Shown piece by piece: positions 39,084 to 47,949 of a stretch of 64,000 nt of DNA. The number at the start of each line of letters is the position of its first letter. Position 1 is the first letter of the stretch. The stretch lies in the NCBI GenBank assembly GCA_945870555.1, contig CAMBSI010000001.1, forward strand, positions 21,656-85,655. The letters are read 5' to 3'. A program made the position numbers and the translations under genes. Origin of the DNA: Staphylococcus epidermidis. Its GTDB lineage: Bacteria; Bacillota_I; Bacilli_A; RFN20; CAG-826. The notes under the pieces were generated by a model. That model saw only the letters and a list, made by a program, of their open reading frames with translations, made no database searches and was not told where the DNA came from.

Positions 39084-39559
39084 AAAAATCAGTGATAACG
39101 TTCATAAAATCTCCATATGCCAAGGTATTTTTTGGTTTTTTATTGCTAGACTTTATCACTAAAATTTTGGCGGCATCGAATGCAATTCAAGTGACGGTGA
39201 TTGATCAATTTTTTTATCTATCATACTCTAGAAATACGGGTGCAGCTTGGTCGATTCTTGAAGGTTATCAATGGATACTTGCCTTGGTTTCTTTTGGTGT
39301 AGGAAGTTTATTTTTTTATTATTATCTTCATCAGTACGCGCAACATGGATTGTACCAACATCTCGGCATGAGTTTGTTTTTGTCTGGCACATGGGGTAAT
39401 TTCATTGATCGCGCTTTTTATCCTGAAGGGGTCATTGATTTTCTCTCATTTCATTTTGGGGATTACATCTTTCCAACCTTTAATATTGCGGATAGTGCCT
39501 TAACCATTGGCGTCATCATCTTGATTACGACCAGTGTGTTAGAAAGAAAAAAAGTATGA
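39080..39559 (+). CDS. lspA: Lipoprotein signal peptidase II
   Basis: NTGAAWS, GNFIDR and FNIADS motifs. 4-nt overlap with ileS. Confidence 0.9.
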   Translation: MKKSVITFIKSPYAKVFFGFLLLDFITKILAASNAIQVTVIDQFFYLSYSRNTGAAWSILEGYQWILALVSFGVGSLFFYYYLHQYAQHGLYQHLGMSLFLSGTWGNFIDRAFYPEGVIDFLSFHFGDYIFPTFNIADSALTIGVIILITTSVLERKKV

Positions 39560-40461
39560 AACCATCCATTACCATTTTGGAAGCTGACAAAAACCAAAGA
39601 ATTGATCAATGGTTGGCGAAACAAGATACCACCCATTCTCGGGCAAGATGGCAACAACTTCTTGATCAAGGAAAAGTACTCGTCGACGGTAAAATTGTCA
39701 AACCAAGCTACCGACTCAATCGCGGTGATGAGCTATCTTTTTTACCGATTCCTCTAACCACCACCACATTGATACCCGAAGATTTACCTTTATCAATTGT
39801 TTATGAAGATGATGCGATTGCGATTGTCGATAAACCTCAAGGCATGGTGGTTCATCCTGCTCCTGGTCACCCATCTGGTACTTTGGTTCATGCTTTACTG
39901 CATCATTTAAAAGATTTAAGTGGGATTAATGGAGAAAAAAGACCAGGTATTGTTCATCGCCTGGATAAAGATACTTCCGGTTTACTCGTCATCGCCAAGC
40001 ATGATCAAGCTCACCAACTCCTTGCTGAACAACTCAAAGACCATTCCATGAAACGTGATTATTATGCATTGGTTCGGGGCGTCATCAAAGAACCCAAAGG
40101 AAGAATCATTGCCCCGATTGGTCGCGACCCAGATGATCGGATTGCCATGGATGTGGTTGAAAGTGGCAAACCCGCAGAAACCAGTTTTGATGTGATGGAA
40201 CGATTTGCACAACATACCTTGATTCGTTGTCATTTAGCCACGGGAAGAACGCATCAAATTCGCGTTCACTTAAATTTTATCCATCATCCCATCGAAAGCG
40301 ATCCGGTTTATTTACCGCAAAAACATCCACTTCACCCATTTGGTCAAATGCTTCATGCTTTTCAATTAACGTTGGTTCATCCCATGACCAAAAAAACGAT
40401 GACCTTTCAATCACCCTTGCCAACGTATTTTGATGCAATCCTAAAAAAATTAAGAACCTAA
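39556..40461 (+). CDS. rluD: RluA-family 23S rRNA pseudouridine synthase (RluD-like)
   Basis: N-terminal S4 domain and HRLDKDTSGLLV catalytic motif. Confidence 0.9.
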   Translation: MKPSITILEADKNQRIDQWLAKQDTTHSRARWQQLLDQGKVLVDGKIVKPSYRLNRGDELSFLPIPLTTTTLIPEDLPLSIVYEDDAIAIVDKPQGMVVHPAPGHPSGTLVHALLHHLKDLSGINGEKRPGIVHRLDKDTSGLLVIAKHDQAHQLLAEQLKDHSMKRDYYALVRGVIKEPKGRIIAPIGRDPDDRIAMDVVESGKPAETSFDVMERFAQHTLIRCHLATGRTHQIRVHLNFIHHPIESDPVYLPQKHPLHPFGQMLHAFQLTLVHPMTKKTMTFQSPLPTYFDAILKKLRT

Positions 40462-41355
40462 ACGATCGGTTATCTTTTTTAAGGTTTTAAAGTTTGTCTT
40501 ACAAATACTTTTTAACGTTTCGATGCCATGATGTTGGGCGAATTCATATGCAAATTGTTCAACTTTATCGGAGGCCCCAAAAGGAATTTTAACGGTAAAG
40601 ACGCGACCCATATCATTCATCGCTCTAATAAACTTTGCTCTGGCAAGGATGCTGCTGGCTGCAACTGCAAGGAATTGCGTTTCTGCTTTTTCTTTCAAGA
40701 CAAGATTGGGAATTGGTTTTTGTCCAACAAGATAACTATGAAATTTTGCTTCACTTGCAAACTGATCAATGATCATCGGCGCATCAATATTCACTTTTTC
40801 TTTAAGGGTCAACAAGGCATGATGGTGTAGTTTTGCTTTAATTTCATTTAAATTTAAACCTTTTGCTACCATCGATTGGTATTTTAAAGGGTTCACAATC
40901 GTTGTCACGTGGGCAATTCGCCCAGTCATTTGGTCAGCCATCTTTAAGATGGTTGCATCGGGAATTAATTTCGAATCCGTGACACCAAGTTCGGTTAAAA
41001 ACGCCACATCTTTTTCTTGAACTAAACTTGCAGTCACCACCACTGGACCAAAGAAATCACCAGTACCGACTTCATCACTACCGTAATGAGCAAGCGCGGG
41101 TTTTGAATCCGGTTCATTTTTCAACCATAAGGCAACATCTTCATCAAAGTTAAAACCTTGATACATGACCTTGCATTTATTCACTTTTGCACTGTAAATA
41201 GAGACGGTAAAATGTTCGAGTTTAGCAAAAAATACAATTGATGGATGCGGAGATTTTTCTTCGTGGTCAAGATAAAAATCTTTGATTTTTGTTAATAAGG
41301 CCTCGGGTACCATTAGGGTTTTGGTACTAGGGGATAGTTTTTTCACTAAGGTCAT
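40450..41355 (-). CDS. rnhC: Ribonuclease HIII
   Basis: GSDEVGTGDFFGP catalytic motif with an N-terminal extension. Convergent with rluD, overlapping its end by 12 nt. Confidence 0.88.
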   Translation of the reverse strand: MTLVKKLSPSTKTLMVPEALLTKIKDFYLDHEEKSPHPSIVFFAKLEHFTVSIYSAKVNKCKVMYQGFNFDEDVALWLKNEPDSKPALAHYGSDEVGTGDFFGPVVVTASLVQEKDVAFLTELGVTDSKLIPDATILKMADQMTGRIAHVTTIVNPLKYQSMVAKGLNLNEIKAKLHHHALLTLKEKVNIDAPMIIDQFASEAKFHSYLVGQKPIPNLVLKEKAETQFLAVAASSILARAKFIRAMNDMGRVFTVKIPFGASDKVEQFAYEFAQHHGIETLKSICKTNFKTLKKITDRLGS

Positions 41356-41407
41356 TATATCATTTTTAACTAAGTCATTCTTTAATCAGTGATATAGTTA
41401 AATTGTC

Positions 41408-43708
41408 ATGAAAACGTTAGTGAATATCCTTGAAATTCCTCTTATTCTTGATCGTATCAAATCCGATACAAAAACGGTTCTTGGTCAACGATGGATTTTG
41501 CGTCATGATTTCATTTTTGAACAAGATCTACCAACCAAGTTAACGGAAGTCGACGAAATGATGCGTTTAATCGTCAGGTATTCTCCACTTCCAATCGGTC
41601 AAAGTCATGACCTCGATCCCATGTTAAGTTTGATTGAAAAAGGAAGTGTCATCACCTTAGAAGGATTATTGTCCGTTCAGTTAGATTTAGATACCACGGA
41701 AAAGATTCATCAATTTGTCCAAACTTTAAAACCAGAATTTCCAACCTTAGCACAACTTTGGAAAAGTTTAATCTTGTTAAAGCCACTTCAAAGGCATTTG
41801 GCTTTAATCTTAACCCCGCAAGGAACAATTCGAGATGATGCCTCAAGCGACTTGCAAAGGATTCGAAAGCGACTTCATCAACTTGATGGGCAAATGCTCA
41901 CTTTGATTCAATCGCTTGTTTCAAAGTATCAATCTCATTTAACTGAACCGCTTTTCACCATTAAAAACGGTCGGTATGTTTTGCCGGTTGCATCCTCGAA
42001 CAAGGGTGCAGTACCTGGCATGATTCATGATGTGTCGAGTACAGGTTTAACGACCTTTATTGAACCCAAAGGTTTGATCGATCTATCCTTGGAAAAGCAA
42101 TTACTCCAGGGTGAAGAACAAGAAGAAATTTTTAACATTTTAAAAAGCTGTACGGACATCATCCTTAAAGATACTGCTCAGCTTCGTGCAAACAACATGA
42201 AAATTGCCACATTAGATGTGATTCAAGCAAAAGCAAATTTTGGCATTAAACATCAAGGGTATGTGAGTAAAATCTCCACGATTCCACTCATTGAGTTAAC
42301 GGGTGCACGCCACCCATTAATTGATGCAAAGCAAGTGATTGCAAATGATTTTCTATTAACGGAAAAACAATCGATTGTCATTATTTCTGGTCCGAACGCA
42401 GGTGGGAAAACGGTGGCAATGAAAACCGTTGGTCTATTTGTTTATCTCAATCAATTGGCGATTCCTTTACCGACGAAACAACCGGCTCAATTATCATATT
42501 TCAAGCACATTTATGCGGATATTGGTGATCAACAAAGTGTCCTCGAAAACTTATCTACCTTCGCAGGCCATATTCAACAGTTGGTTCCACTTACCGATCA
42601 AGTCAAACCCAATGATTTGGTTTTAATTGATGAATTAGGAACCGGAACGGACCCTAAAGAAGGAGAATCTCTTGCAAGATCTTTGCTTATTCACTTGCAA
42701 GCAAAACGGGCGTTTGTGATTGTGTCGAGTCACTTTCCTGGTTTAAAGACCCTTGCCCTTTCTGAATCAAAAATGGTGAATGCCTCTTTACAATTTGATG
42801 AAGATAAACTCATCCCCACCTATCGATTTGTTCTTGGTGTGCCGGGAAAAAGTTATGGCTTAATCATGGCAAAAAGATATGGTTTAGCACCCCAAGTTGT
42901 CGCGCATGCTGAAAAATATCTTGCCGCGCAACAAGCGACCGTTGAACAACAAACATTTTTAAAACTTCAAGAAGAACTTCAAGATGTCGAAAAGTTAAAA
43001 GCGAAACTTGGTTTAGAACAACAAGCACTTCTCCAACAACAACAACAGCTCTCTATGCTTCAAAAAAATCTCGATAAACGGTTACAAAAATTTGATGAAG
43101 AGACACAATCGAAGCAACAACAACTGCTTGAAGAAACCCTGACGCAAGTTGAAACAACGATCAAAACGTTAGCCAATCCACAACTAAAACTTCATGAAGC
43201 CATTGCATTAAAAAAGACCTTAGAAAATCATTTATCAACCCAAACTGATAACACGTCTTCAGATGCCACGATTCAGCTTGACGACTATGTGATTGAAAAT
43301 TCAACAGGGATGATCGGGCGCGTTCGCCAAATCAATAAGCAACACATCACGATGGTGACGAGAGATGGGCTAACCGTCAAAGTTAAATTAAACCAAGTTA
43401 ACCGGACGGAACCACCCGCCCAAAGTGGAAAAAGTCCATCATTACGACTGGTTCAAGGTGTAAAAGCAAGTTCAAGCTTGACGATTATTGGCATGCGTTA
43501 TGAAGAAGCAAAACAAGCGATCGAAAAGTACCATGACCAAGCGTTACTTTCATCTTTAAAAACGATTAAAATCATCCATGGATTTGGATCAGGAACGTTA
43601 CGAAAACTCGTCTTTGATTTTTTTAAAGGGTTAGCGACTGTAAAATCGATCCAACAAGGAGAGGGTGAACAAGCCGGATATGGTGTCACCGTGGTCCACT
43701 TAAAATGA
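41408..43708 (+). CDS. mutS2: Endonuclease MutS2 (MutS domain + C-terminal Smr)
   Basis: Walker A (GPNAGGKT), coiled-coil Q-rich middle region, and a C-terminal Smr (IIHGFGSGTLR). The rnhC-mutS2 neighbourhood is conserved. Confidence 0.92.
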   Translation: MKTLVNILEIPLILDRIKSDTKTVLGQRWILRHDFIFEQDLPTKLTEVDEMMRLIVRYSPLPIGQSHDLDPMLSLIEKGSVITLEGLLSVQLDLDTTEKIHQFVQTLKPEFPTLAQLWKSLILLKPLQRHLALILTPQGTIRDDASSDLQRIRKRLHQLDGQMLTLIQSLVSKYQSHLTEPLFTIKNGRYVLPVASSNKGAVPGMIHDVSSTGLTTFIEPKGLIDLSLEKQLLQGEEQEEIFNILKSCTDIILKDTAQLRANNMKIATLDVIQAKANFGIKHQGYVSKISTIPLIELTGARHPLIDAKQVIANDFLLTEKQSIVIISGPNAGGKTVAMKTVGLFVYLNQLAIPLPTKQPAQLSYFKHIYADIGDQQSVLENLSTFAGHIQQLVPLTDQVKPNDLVLIDELGTGTDPKEGESLARSLLIHLQAKRAFVIVSSHFPGLKTLALSESKMVNASLQFDEDKLIPTYRFVLGVPGKSYGLIMAKRYGLAPQVVAHAEKYLAAQQATVEQQTFLKLQEELQDVEKLKAKLGLEQQALLQQQQQLSMLQKNLDKRLQKFDEETQSKQQQLLEETLTQVETTIKTLANPQLKLHEAIALKKTLENHLSTQTDNTSSDATIQLDDYVIENSTGMIGRVRQINKQHITMVTRDGLTVKVKLNQVNRTEPPAQSGKSPSLRLVQGVKASSSLTIIGMRYEEAKQAIEKYHDQALLSSLKTIKIIHGFGSGTLRKLVFDFFKGLATVKSIQQGEGEQAGYGVTVVHLK

Positions 43709-45468
43709 ATCATCTACTTGAAGCAAAATTAAAAAATCTTCCGGATAAACCAGGCGTTTATTTGATGAAGAATGTTTCTGGGCAAATTATTTATGTGGGA
43801 AAAGCCAAAGACCTTTCTAAGCGGGTGACGCAATACTTCACCCGACCCCAAACAGGAAAAGTCCAAGCCATGGTCATGCATATTGAAACCTTTGAAACCA
43901 TCATTACCCAATCAGAAAAAGAAGCGCTTATCTTAGAAATGAATCTGATTCATGAACATTATCCACGCTATAACATCATGCTTAAAGAAGGTTCACATTA
44001 TCCTTACATCGCCTTGAGAAAAGGCAGTGATCCTTATTTGCGAATCATGCGACAAAACCAAGATAAGAAATATCATTATTTTGGTCCGTATCCAAATTCA
44101 AGATCTGCTTATCGCATCATGAATCTTTTGAACAAAATATTCCCCTTACGAAAATGCAACGTCTTACCCAAAGTAGCATGTCTTTATCATCATATTGGCC
44201 AATGTTTAGCCCCGTGCATTCAAACGATTCCCCAAGATGTTTACGATGATCTTGTCAATCAAATTAGTAGTTTTCTCAAAGGGGATGTCAAAGTTCAAGT
44301 TGCTGCCTATCAAGAAAAAATGCTGGCAGCCTCAGAAGCATTAAATTTTGAACTTGCCCAAGAATACAAAGTGATTCTTGAGGATATTCAAAACGTTACC
44401 TCGCAACAACTTGTGGAAATGGAAGATAAAATCGACCGGGATATTTTCGCCTTTGCGGAACGTGAGGGTTATCTATCATTAGCTGTCTTTGTCTTTCGCC
44501 AAGGAATTTTACTAGGTAAGGGTAGTTATGTGGTTGAAGCTTTCGATGACCGTGATGAACAACTCTTGAATTTAATCGCTCAATATTATCGGTCAAAGCC
44601 GATTCCACAAGAAATGGTATTGAATCACCGACAATTAATTGAAAAATTGAAAGAAACGATGGATATCCGCCTTGTCTTTGCAGAAAAAGGCCGTTTATTT
44701 GAAATGATGAAAAGCGTCCAAGAAAATGCGATTCAAACCTTAGATGATCATTTTTTAACCGCCCGGTTGGATGACAACAAAATTGCGCTGCTTGAAACCT
44801 TGGGTAAAAACTTAAATATATCGACCCCGTTTCATATCGAGATGTTTGATAATTCTCATTTACAAGGTAGCGAACCAGTCGGCGCGATGGTGACATTTAT
44901 CAATGGTGAGCCGGTCAAGAAAATGTATCGCCAATTCCATTTACCTGAGGCATTTAAACAAGATGATCCAGGTGCGATGGGTTATTTGGTCACAAGAAGA
45001 TACCAACGTTTAATTCAAGAAAAATCCCCGATACCTAATTTGATTATCGTCGATGGTGGTTTAACCCAATTAAATGCAGGAATCAAAGCCCTTGAAGCGT
45101 TGGAGTTAAAAGTCCCCATCGTCGGTCTATTTAAGAATGAACGCCACCAGACCAAAGGATTATTAACCAGGGATGGTGAAGTCATGGATTTCACCAAACT
45201 ACCTTCTTTATTTTTCTTTTTGATTCGCATGCAAGATGAAGTCCATCGATTTGCGCTCCAATTCCACCAAAAACTTCGAAGTAAAAATCAAACCCGATCG
45301 ATTTTTGATGGCATACCTGGTCTTGGGCCTACTCGGATTGCCTTGTTGCAAAAACGATACCCAAGTTTAGATGGTTTAAAGCAAGCATCACTAGAAGAAT
45401 TGAGTCAATTACTTCCTCAATCGGTTGCTATCCTGCTTAGGGAAAAACTCTTAAAAATGGCGACTTAG
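43705..45468 (+). CDS. uvrC: Excinuclease ABC subunit C
   Basis: N-terminal GIY-YIG (PGVYLMKN...IIYVGKAK) with UvrBC-binding and RNaseH-like/HhH C-terminal regions. Confidence 0.95.
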   Translation: MNHLLEAKLKNLPDKPGVYLMKNVSGQIIYVGKAKDLSKRVTQYFTRPQTGKVQAMVMHIETFETIITQSEKEALILEMNLIHEHYPRYNIMLKEGSHYPYIALRKGSDPYLRIMRQNQDKKYHYFGPYPNSRSAYRIMNLLNKIFPLRKCNVLPKVACLYHHIGQCLAPCIQTIPQDVYDDLVNQISSFLKGDVKVQVAAYQEKMLAASEALNFELAQEYKVILEDIQNVTSQQLVEMEDKIDRDIFAFAEREGYLSLAVFVFRQGILLGKGSYVVEAFDDRDEQLLNLIAQYYRSKPIPQEMVLNHRQLIEKLKETMDIRLVFAEKGRLFEMMKSVQENAIQTLDDHFLTARLDDNKIALLETLGKNLNISTPFHIEMFDNSHLQGSEPVGAMVTFINGEPVKKMYRQFHLPEAFKQDDPGAMGYLVTRRYQRLIQEKSPIPNLIIVDGGLTQLNAGIKALEALELKVPIVGLFKNERHQTKGLLTRDGEVMDFTKLPSLFFFLIRMQDEVHRFALQFHQKLRSKNQTRSIFDGIPGLGPTRIALLQKRYPSLDGLKQASLEELSQLLPQSVAILLREKLLKMAT

Positions 45469-45498
45469 CAATCCTGATTATGCTATATTAATAATGCT

Positions 45499-45575
45499 GT
45501 CCCCATAGCTCAGTTGGATAGAGCAACAGCCTTCTAAGCTGTAGGTCAAACGTTCGAATCGTTTTGGGGACGCCA
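45499..45575 (+). tRNA. tRNA-Arg (anticodon TCT)
   Basis: Cloverleaf with acceptor GTCCCCA/TGGGGAC, D-arm GCTCAGTTGGATAGAGC, anticodon stem ACAGC/GCTGT with loop CTTCTAA, T-arm AAACG-TTCGAAT-CGTTT, discriminator G and encoded CCA. Confidence 0.9.
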
Positions 45576-45617
45576 ATGAAAGGACCTTCTAAAAAAAGAT
45601 CTTTTCATTGGTAAAAA

Positions 45618-46502
45618 ATGAACGAAGTAAGTTTACAAACGCTCTATGAGCAACAAGATTACCACACCTTGGTGAAGCGAACGGCCTCACTGAGCGATTT
45701 AAATATGATTCGATATCATGTGATTGGTTTGTTAGGTATTGGCGCAAATCAAATGGTGCTTCGAATCATGCTCGCAAAATTTAAATTGATTCAAAAAGCA
45801 TTAACCATCTTTTTAAAAATTCATGAAGAAATCCTCAAGGAACATCGCCAATTTCCTGAACACGGTTTGTTAATCGAAGCCTATGAAAACTTACCTTACC
45901 TGAATCAAGAAGTTGAAGAGTTGGTCAGCAAGATTCGCATACGTTACCAAAAACCTGCTCATATTGAGGTTAAGGATACGTTAGGATTATTTCTTGAAGC
46001 GATTGAAAAAGAAAATCATGATCTATTAATGGATTTGATTCCACAGTTAAAACCCATCCATCTTTATGCAGCAAAATCACAAATTAAAAGCTTGCTGATC
46101 AAACCTTTCCCTCAACGGATGAAAGGCATGCTCGTCTTGGCGTTCATTGATGCGAAGTATGATGAGGTGATTAGTATCACAAAAGGTGAAAAAACCTTAA
46201 GTTTTAATCCAATCGATACCGTGAATCCATTTGTAGATGGAAGTTTTGAAACGTATCAAAAACAAATTCATGCGCTCGTTAAGGATCCTTCGGTTAGGCA
46301 AATCGCCTACTCCATCCTAACCACCTACATGCTGACCATGATTCCGTTTGAAATTGATCCAGAATATTACTTTTTTAAGGCTGTCATTAGTATGGCGTAT
46401 GGTTACTTAAAAATGACCCCTCCATCCGGTGATGAGGACGATAGCGAACAGGAATTGATTTCCAAAAAGAAGCAACACCTTGAAACCATTTTAAAAATGT
46501 AA
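45618..46502 (+). CDS. Hypothetical alpha-helical protein (no recognised family; sits at the ysoA position upstream of tig)
   Basis: 294-aa ORF with an acidic C-terminus and no motif I can assign. Low confidence in any function. Confidence 0.4.
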   Translation: MNEVSLQTLYEQQDYHTLVKRTASLSDLNMIRYHVIGLLGIGANQMVLRIMLAKFKLIQKALTIFLKIHEEILKEHRQFPEHGLLIEAYENLPYLNQEVEELVSKIRIRYQKPAHIEVKDTLGLFLEAIEKENHDLLMDLIPQLKPIHLYAAKSQIKSLLIKPFPQRMKGMLVLAFIDAKYDEVISITKGEKTLSFNPIDTVNPFVDGSFETYQKQIHALVKDPSVRQIAYSILTTYMLTMIPFEIDPEYYFFKAVISMAYGYLKMTPPSGDEDDSEQELISKKKQHLETILKM

Positions 46503-46562
46503 AGGTTGCCTAGACCTAGGGTGATTATTGTATAATTGAAAAGTTAAAAGAAAGAGGAACTT

Positions 46563-47837
46563 ATGCAACATCAAGTCAAGACATTGGAAAATTCGCGCGT
46601 TGAAATCACCATGACCTTTACCACCGAAGAGTGGAAAGTTGCGCAAAACCAAGCATTTAAAAAACTAGCTGCGGATGTTAAAATCGATGGATTTCGTCCA
46701 GGAAAAGCACCGGAAGCGATGATTCGCTCGCGTCTTGCTCCAGGAAAAATATATGATGCTGCAATCAATGCGGTCTTACCAAAAGCATATAGTGATGTTT
46801 TAAAAGCTGATAAATTGACCCCATTAAGTCGACCAAATGTCGACGTGGTTAAAGTTTCTGATACCGAACTTGTCTTAAAGGCAGTCGTTATCCTCGTTCC
46901 GGAAGTGAAAATCAAGAAGTATAAAGATTTAGGTATTAAGCGCGAAGTAATCAAAGTTACAGCCCAAGATGTTGAAGCTGAATTAAAGTCGACTTTAGCT
47001 CAACAAGCCACCCTCATGCTCAAGGAAGGTCCTGCCGCGATGGGAGATTCCGTCGTTTTTGATTTTGAAGGTTTTGTGAATAAGGTTGCCTTTGAAGGTG
47101 GTAAAGCTGAAAACTACACCTTAGAGTTAGGCAGCAATCAATTTATTCCTGGTTTTGAATCACAAATGGTTGGTTTAAAAGCGGGTGATCAAAAAGATCT
47201 GAACATCAAGTTTCCCGAAAACTATGCCCCTGAATTAGCCTCAAAAGATGCCGTATTTAAAATTAAAGTCCATGAAGTAAAAAGTAAACAATTGCCAGAA
47301 CTGAATGAGGCATTATTCAACGACATGAAGTTACCAAATGTTAAGAACGAAGCGCAATTTAAAGATTATTTAAAGCAAAAAGTGACGGTAGCAAAAACTA
47401 AAGCTGGTGATGATAAATTCTATTCAGACATTCTCATCAAGATAACCAAAGAAGCAGAGATTGATCTTCCGCATGAAGCCATTCATGAACAAATGGATGC
47501 CATGAAAGCAGACCTAGAAGAAAAGTTAAAGCAACGTAACCAAACGATGGATCAATATCTCAAAGCCAACAAATTAACCGAAGCAACCCTGCATGATCGA
47601 CTCCATGAACAAGCGGAAGAAATTCTTCGCGCAAGTTTGGTCGCAAATAAAATTGCGGATTTAGAAAAAATTGAAGTGACGGATGAATTGGTTGACTTTG
47701 AAATTGCTAAAGTTGCAGAGCAATATAAGATGGAATTTGCAAAAGTTAAAGAAATCCTCACCCCAAACATCTCCCGATTCCGTGGTGAAATCCGCGATCG
47801 TTATATTAAGGAATTCTTAATTAAACATAATTCCTAG
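46563..47837 (+). CDS. tig: Trigger factor
   Basis: N-terminal ribosome-binding motif (GFRPGKAP), central PPIase region and C-terminal arm domain. 424 aa. Confidence 0.95.
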   Translation: MQHQVKTLENSRVEITMTFTTEEWKVAQNQAFKKLAADVKIDGFRPGKAPEAMIRSRLAPGKIYDAAINAVLPKAYSDVLKADKLTPLSRPNVDVVKVSDTELVLKAVVILVPEVKIKKYKDLGIKREVIKVTAQDVEAELKSTLAQQATLMLKEGPAAMGDSVVFDFEGFVNKVAFEGGKAENYTLELGSNQFIPGFESQMVGLKAGDQKDLNIKFPENYAPELASKDAVFKIKVHEVKSKQLPELNEALFNDMKLPNVKNEAQFKDYLKQKVTVAKTKAGDDKFYSDILIKITKEAEIDLPHEAIHEQMDAMKADLEEKLKQRNQTMDQYLKANKLTEATLHDRLHEQAEEILRASLVANKIADLEKIEVTDELVDFEIAKVAEQYKMEFAKVKEILTPNISRFRGEIRDRYIKEFLIKHNS

Positions 47838-47863
47838 TTGATTCCTGCGCCGCTTTTCATCAT

Positions 47864-47936
47864 TTAGCACTTCATACTTGCAAGTGCTAAATTCCTTGCT
47901 ATAATGTTTTTAGCACTCAAAGTCATTGTTTGCTAA
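47864..47936 (+). promoter_or_regulatory. lon promoter (TTGCAA 47878-47883, TATAAT 47900-47905) with two CIRCE (HrcA operator) inverted repeats
   Basis: CIRCE1 is TTAGCACTT-N9-AAGTGCTAA (47864-47890) and CIRCE2 is TTAGCACTC-N9-GTTTGCTAA (47910-47936), against the consensus TTAGCACTC-N9-GAGTGCTAA. Confidence 0.75.
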
Positions 47937-47949
47937 ATGGAGGGTCTTT

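Noticed and set aside
43000-43110. Gln-rich repeat (QQALLQQQQQLSMLQ) suggesting a repeat element
   Set aside because: It is the coiled-coil linker region of MutS2: low-complexity protein sequence, not a DNA repeat.
45576-45617. Possible terminator hairpin after tRNA-Arg
   Set aside because: Complementarity is poor (GAAAGGACC vs GATCTTTTC), and it is more likely just the RBS region of the next gene.
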